NCBI GenBank assembly: GCA_963792585.1 | Contig: CAWBWI010000001.1 | Span: 1,760,001 to 1,824,000, forward strand | Length of the DNA: 64,000 bases | From: Candidatus Eiseniibacteriota bacterium | GTDB taxonomy: Bacteria; Eisenbacteria; RBG-16-71-46; CAIMUX01; VGJL01 | Direction: 5' to 3' | Part shown: one piece after another, positions 61,804 through 64,000 of the stretch | Numbering within the stretch: the first letter of the stretch is position 1 | How the letters are laid out: every line of letters starts with the position of its first letter | Notes under the pieces: generated by a model | Database searches by the model: none | What the model saw: the letters and a program-made list of their open reading frames with translations, nothing else | Told to the model about the DNA's origin: nothing | Made by a program: the position numbers and the translations under genes

Positions 61804-63707
61804 TCGTGGAGAAGCCTCAGGTTGTCTTGGACATCGTGATGCTTGCAGATCTGGTGGACGATGTCGGTGGAGATCGCTCCCCGCTCGCGCGGCAATTCCA
61901 CTCTGTAGACAGAGACAATCTGGACGCCATGCTGCGAGAGGCAGCGCCGAGGTTCTCATCCATGCCAGGCGGGCCGTTCGGTTCCGCGGAAAACCACTCT
62001 GTCGCTTCGTCGGTCCACTTCGCTCGAAAGCACGTCATCGGGTCGTTCCGGGACTTCCGCCCCGAGCAGCTGGTCGAGGCGATCCCCGAAGCCAGAGAGC
62101 TCCGGCGGCTGCGATCAGTACTGATCGAGGTCGCGCAGGGGAGGAGCGGCCCCGCCTCCGTGCGAGAGGCGCTGTCATCAATCAAGGAGCCGGCGGAGCT
62201 GGTGGAGGCGATCCAGCGCGCGCTCGGAGGATCACCCCCCGTCGGAGGCGGCTCGACCCCGACGACGCACCCGGAGGGACCTGTCTCCGCAATCCCACCC
62301 TCCCCCGGCACATCGCTGTTCGATCTGGTGGACGTCGAAGGATCCAGAGAGGGGGGTGGCGGCGCGGAATCCCACGCCCCCGCGGATAGCCCAGGAGCTC
62401 CCGACAGCGTGCGAGAGGGCTTGGACCGGCTCATCGCGGGCCTGCTGGGGCTCGGGCGCTCGCAGGACGCACCGTCCCCCGCCACAATACGTCCTCTCAT
62501 TGCCGAGACTGATCGCGCGATCGCGAGAATAATCCGCGCCACCCTTCTCGATGCACGATTCCAAACCCTCGAGGCGGCCTGGCTCTCCCTTCGATTTCTC
62601 GTTCGTCGCGTCGACTTTCGTACCGGAATCCGCTTACACATTCTCGCGGCGGATCGCGCCACTCTCATGGATGCACTTCGCGGGGTGACACTCCCCTTCC
62701 TCGATGAGCTTCGCGCCGAAGGACGTCTCGCGTGCGTCCTCCTGGACTTCTCGTTCGGGGGCACAGCCGAGGATCTCTCCGACCTGACGGAGATTGCCGA
62801 AATCGCCGCGGAAGCCAGAACCCCGATCGTCGCTGCGGTCGAAGCTTCCATCCTGGGTGTCCGCTCTCTCCATGAGATCCATACGCTTCCCGATGTGAGC
62901 GACATCTTCGAGACGGCGGGACGGGAAGCCTGGGGAGCCCTCCGCGGACGGGAGGAGTCTCGATGGCTCTCGCTCTGCCTGAATCGCTTCCTACTCCGAT
63001 CCCCGTACGGCAAGGACGCGGACCAGGTGAAGGGACTCGAATTCGAGGAGATCCCAGATGGAATAGAGCATCCTGCCGCGGCCACGCAGGGGGTGTGGGG
63101 ACGTCCGATCTGGTTGATGGGGGCTCTCGTCTCGGACAGCTTCGCCCGCACGGGATGGGGGGTCGAGATCACAGGACCGGGACATGGGGAATCGATCGGC
63201 GATCTTCCGGTCCGTCCCCTCGAGCTGCGAACTGGAGAGATTGTCCAATCGCCCCTCGAAACCCTTCCTTCCGAGAATCGGGTGCTCGAGCTTTCGCGGG
63301 CGGGGATCATCACATTCGCCGCCGCGCGGAACACCGACCGGGCTTTCATCGCAAGCGCCCCGTCGTTCTACCGGCCAGCCAAGGTGGCTGACAGAAATGC
63401 GCAAATCGCCGAGGCGCGCCGCGCGACCCTTCCCTATCAGTTCTTCCTATCCCAGATTCTCGCCTGGACGGAATCGATCTGGCGCAACCTGGATCCAAAC
63501 TCCGCCGCGGAGGATGTCGCCCGGACGCTTGTCGCGGGGGTGCAATTCCTGGCCCTCGGTCCTGCCGGGCCGATCGCGAAGATTTCGGGCGAAGCCGTGG
63601 GCGGCGAGGCGGGATCCACGCGCATCTCCCTTCGGGTCGAGCCCTCGGGAGAACCCTTGCGGGGTTTGCCGCCGATCGCCCTCGAGCTGCCGCTGCCCGG
63701 GATTTGA
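61800..63707 (+). CDS. Type VI secretion contractile sheath-like protein, apparent TssB-TssC fusion
   Basis: TssB-like 'SFRDFRPEQLVEAIPEARELRRLR'; TssC-like 'ARFQTLEAAWLSLRFLV', 'WGALR...ESRWLSL..NRFLLRSPYG', 'FEE', 'WG...SFARTGW', 'LPYQF'. Confidence 0.7.
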   Translation: MIVEKPQVVLDIVMLADLVDDVGGDRSPLARQFHSVDRDNLDAMLREAAPRFSSMPGGPFGSAENHSVASSVHFARKHVIGSFRDFRPEQLVEAIPEARELRRLRSVLIEVAQGRSGPASVREALSSIKEPAELVEAIQRALGGSPPVGGGSTPTTHPEGPVSAIPPSPGTSLFDLVDVEGSREGGGGAESHAPADSPGAPDSVREGLDRLIAGLLGLGRSQDAPSPATIRPLIAETDRAIARIIRATLLDARFQTLEAAWLSLRFLVRRVDFRTGIRLHILAADRATLMDALRGVTLPFLDELRAEGRLACVLLDFSFGGTAEDLSDLTEIAEIAAEARTPIVAAVEASILGVRSLHEIHTLPDVSDIFETAGREAWGALRGREESRWLSLCLNRFLLRSPYGKDADQVKGLEFEEIPDGIEHPAAATQGVWGRPIWLMGALVSDSFARTGWGVEITGPGHGESIGDLPVRPLELRTGEIVQSPLETLPSENRVLELSRAGIITFAAARNTDRAFIASAPSFYRPAKVADRNAQIAEARRATLPYQFFLSQILAWTESIWRNLDPNSAAEDVARTLVAGVQFLALGPAGPIAKISGEAVGGEAGSTRISLRVEPSGEPLRGLPPIALELPLPGI

Positions 63708-63731
63708 GCAGGGAATCGGAGGCATACATCC

Positions 63732-64000
63732 ATGGCCCTCGTCATTCCCCCGGTGACCATCGCCCATGATGACTACGCGGGAGCGACCCTGAGAGGTGTG
63801 TACGAGGCTCTCCCGAACGAGCCGGGGTTGTGTGAGTGGATTCCGAGCTTCAGCTACGAGGGAGTCTCGTCCCGGGGTCTCCCGGAGCGGCTCACCGTGA
63901 CGATGCAGATATCGATCCGCATGCCCCGCTGGACGGGGCGGGCCGGCGCGAGAGCGGTCGAAATGGCGGAATGGGATCGTTTCTACGCGGCGCTGCTGGA
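63732..64000 (+). CDS. DUF922-like putative Zn-dependent protease, truncated by the window edge
   Basis: GGAGG RBS; MALVIPP...GATL...ISIRMPRW...EWDRFYAALL, where DUF922 proteins continue into HExxH. Confidence 0.55.
   Translation, partial: MALVIPPVTIAHDDYAGATLRGVYEALPNEPGLCEWIPSFSYEGVSSRGLPERLTVTMQISIRMPRWTGRAGARAVEMAEWDRFYAALL

Overview
GC-rich bacterial window dominated by secreted and surface proteins. The many C-terminal FlgD-Ig/T9SS-type sorting domains and short C-terminal 'S/T-WG-x-I/V-K/R-xx-Y/F-R' tails suggest a candidate-phylum organism such as Ca. Eisenbacteria, Latescibacteria or Krumholzibacteria (inference). Contents: M1, M43, C25 and M16 peptidases; a GlmL/MutL-like fusion; two giant Cys-rich Ig-repeat proteins with cohesin and dockerin modules; a MacAB-like ABC exporter; a purF-like gene; ychF; two c-type cytochromes; an orphan histidine kinase; a complete IS1380-family element that cuts off the end of a hydrolase's sorting domain; and a TssB/TssC-like sheath fusion at the right edge. 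The best novelty candidate is a small secreted protein (17334-17912, minus strand) with an in-frame UGA followed by a SECIS-like hairpin and a conserved C-terminal tail, which suggests an unannotated selenoprotein. It lies convergent to the cohesin-dockerin scaffold pair. Several single-base frameshifts in homopolymer runs point to long-read assembly errors. No rRNA, tRNA or CRISPR array was recognised. All domain calls come from motif recognition by eye; no searches were run.
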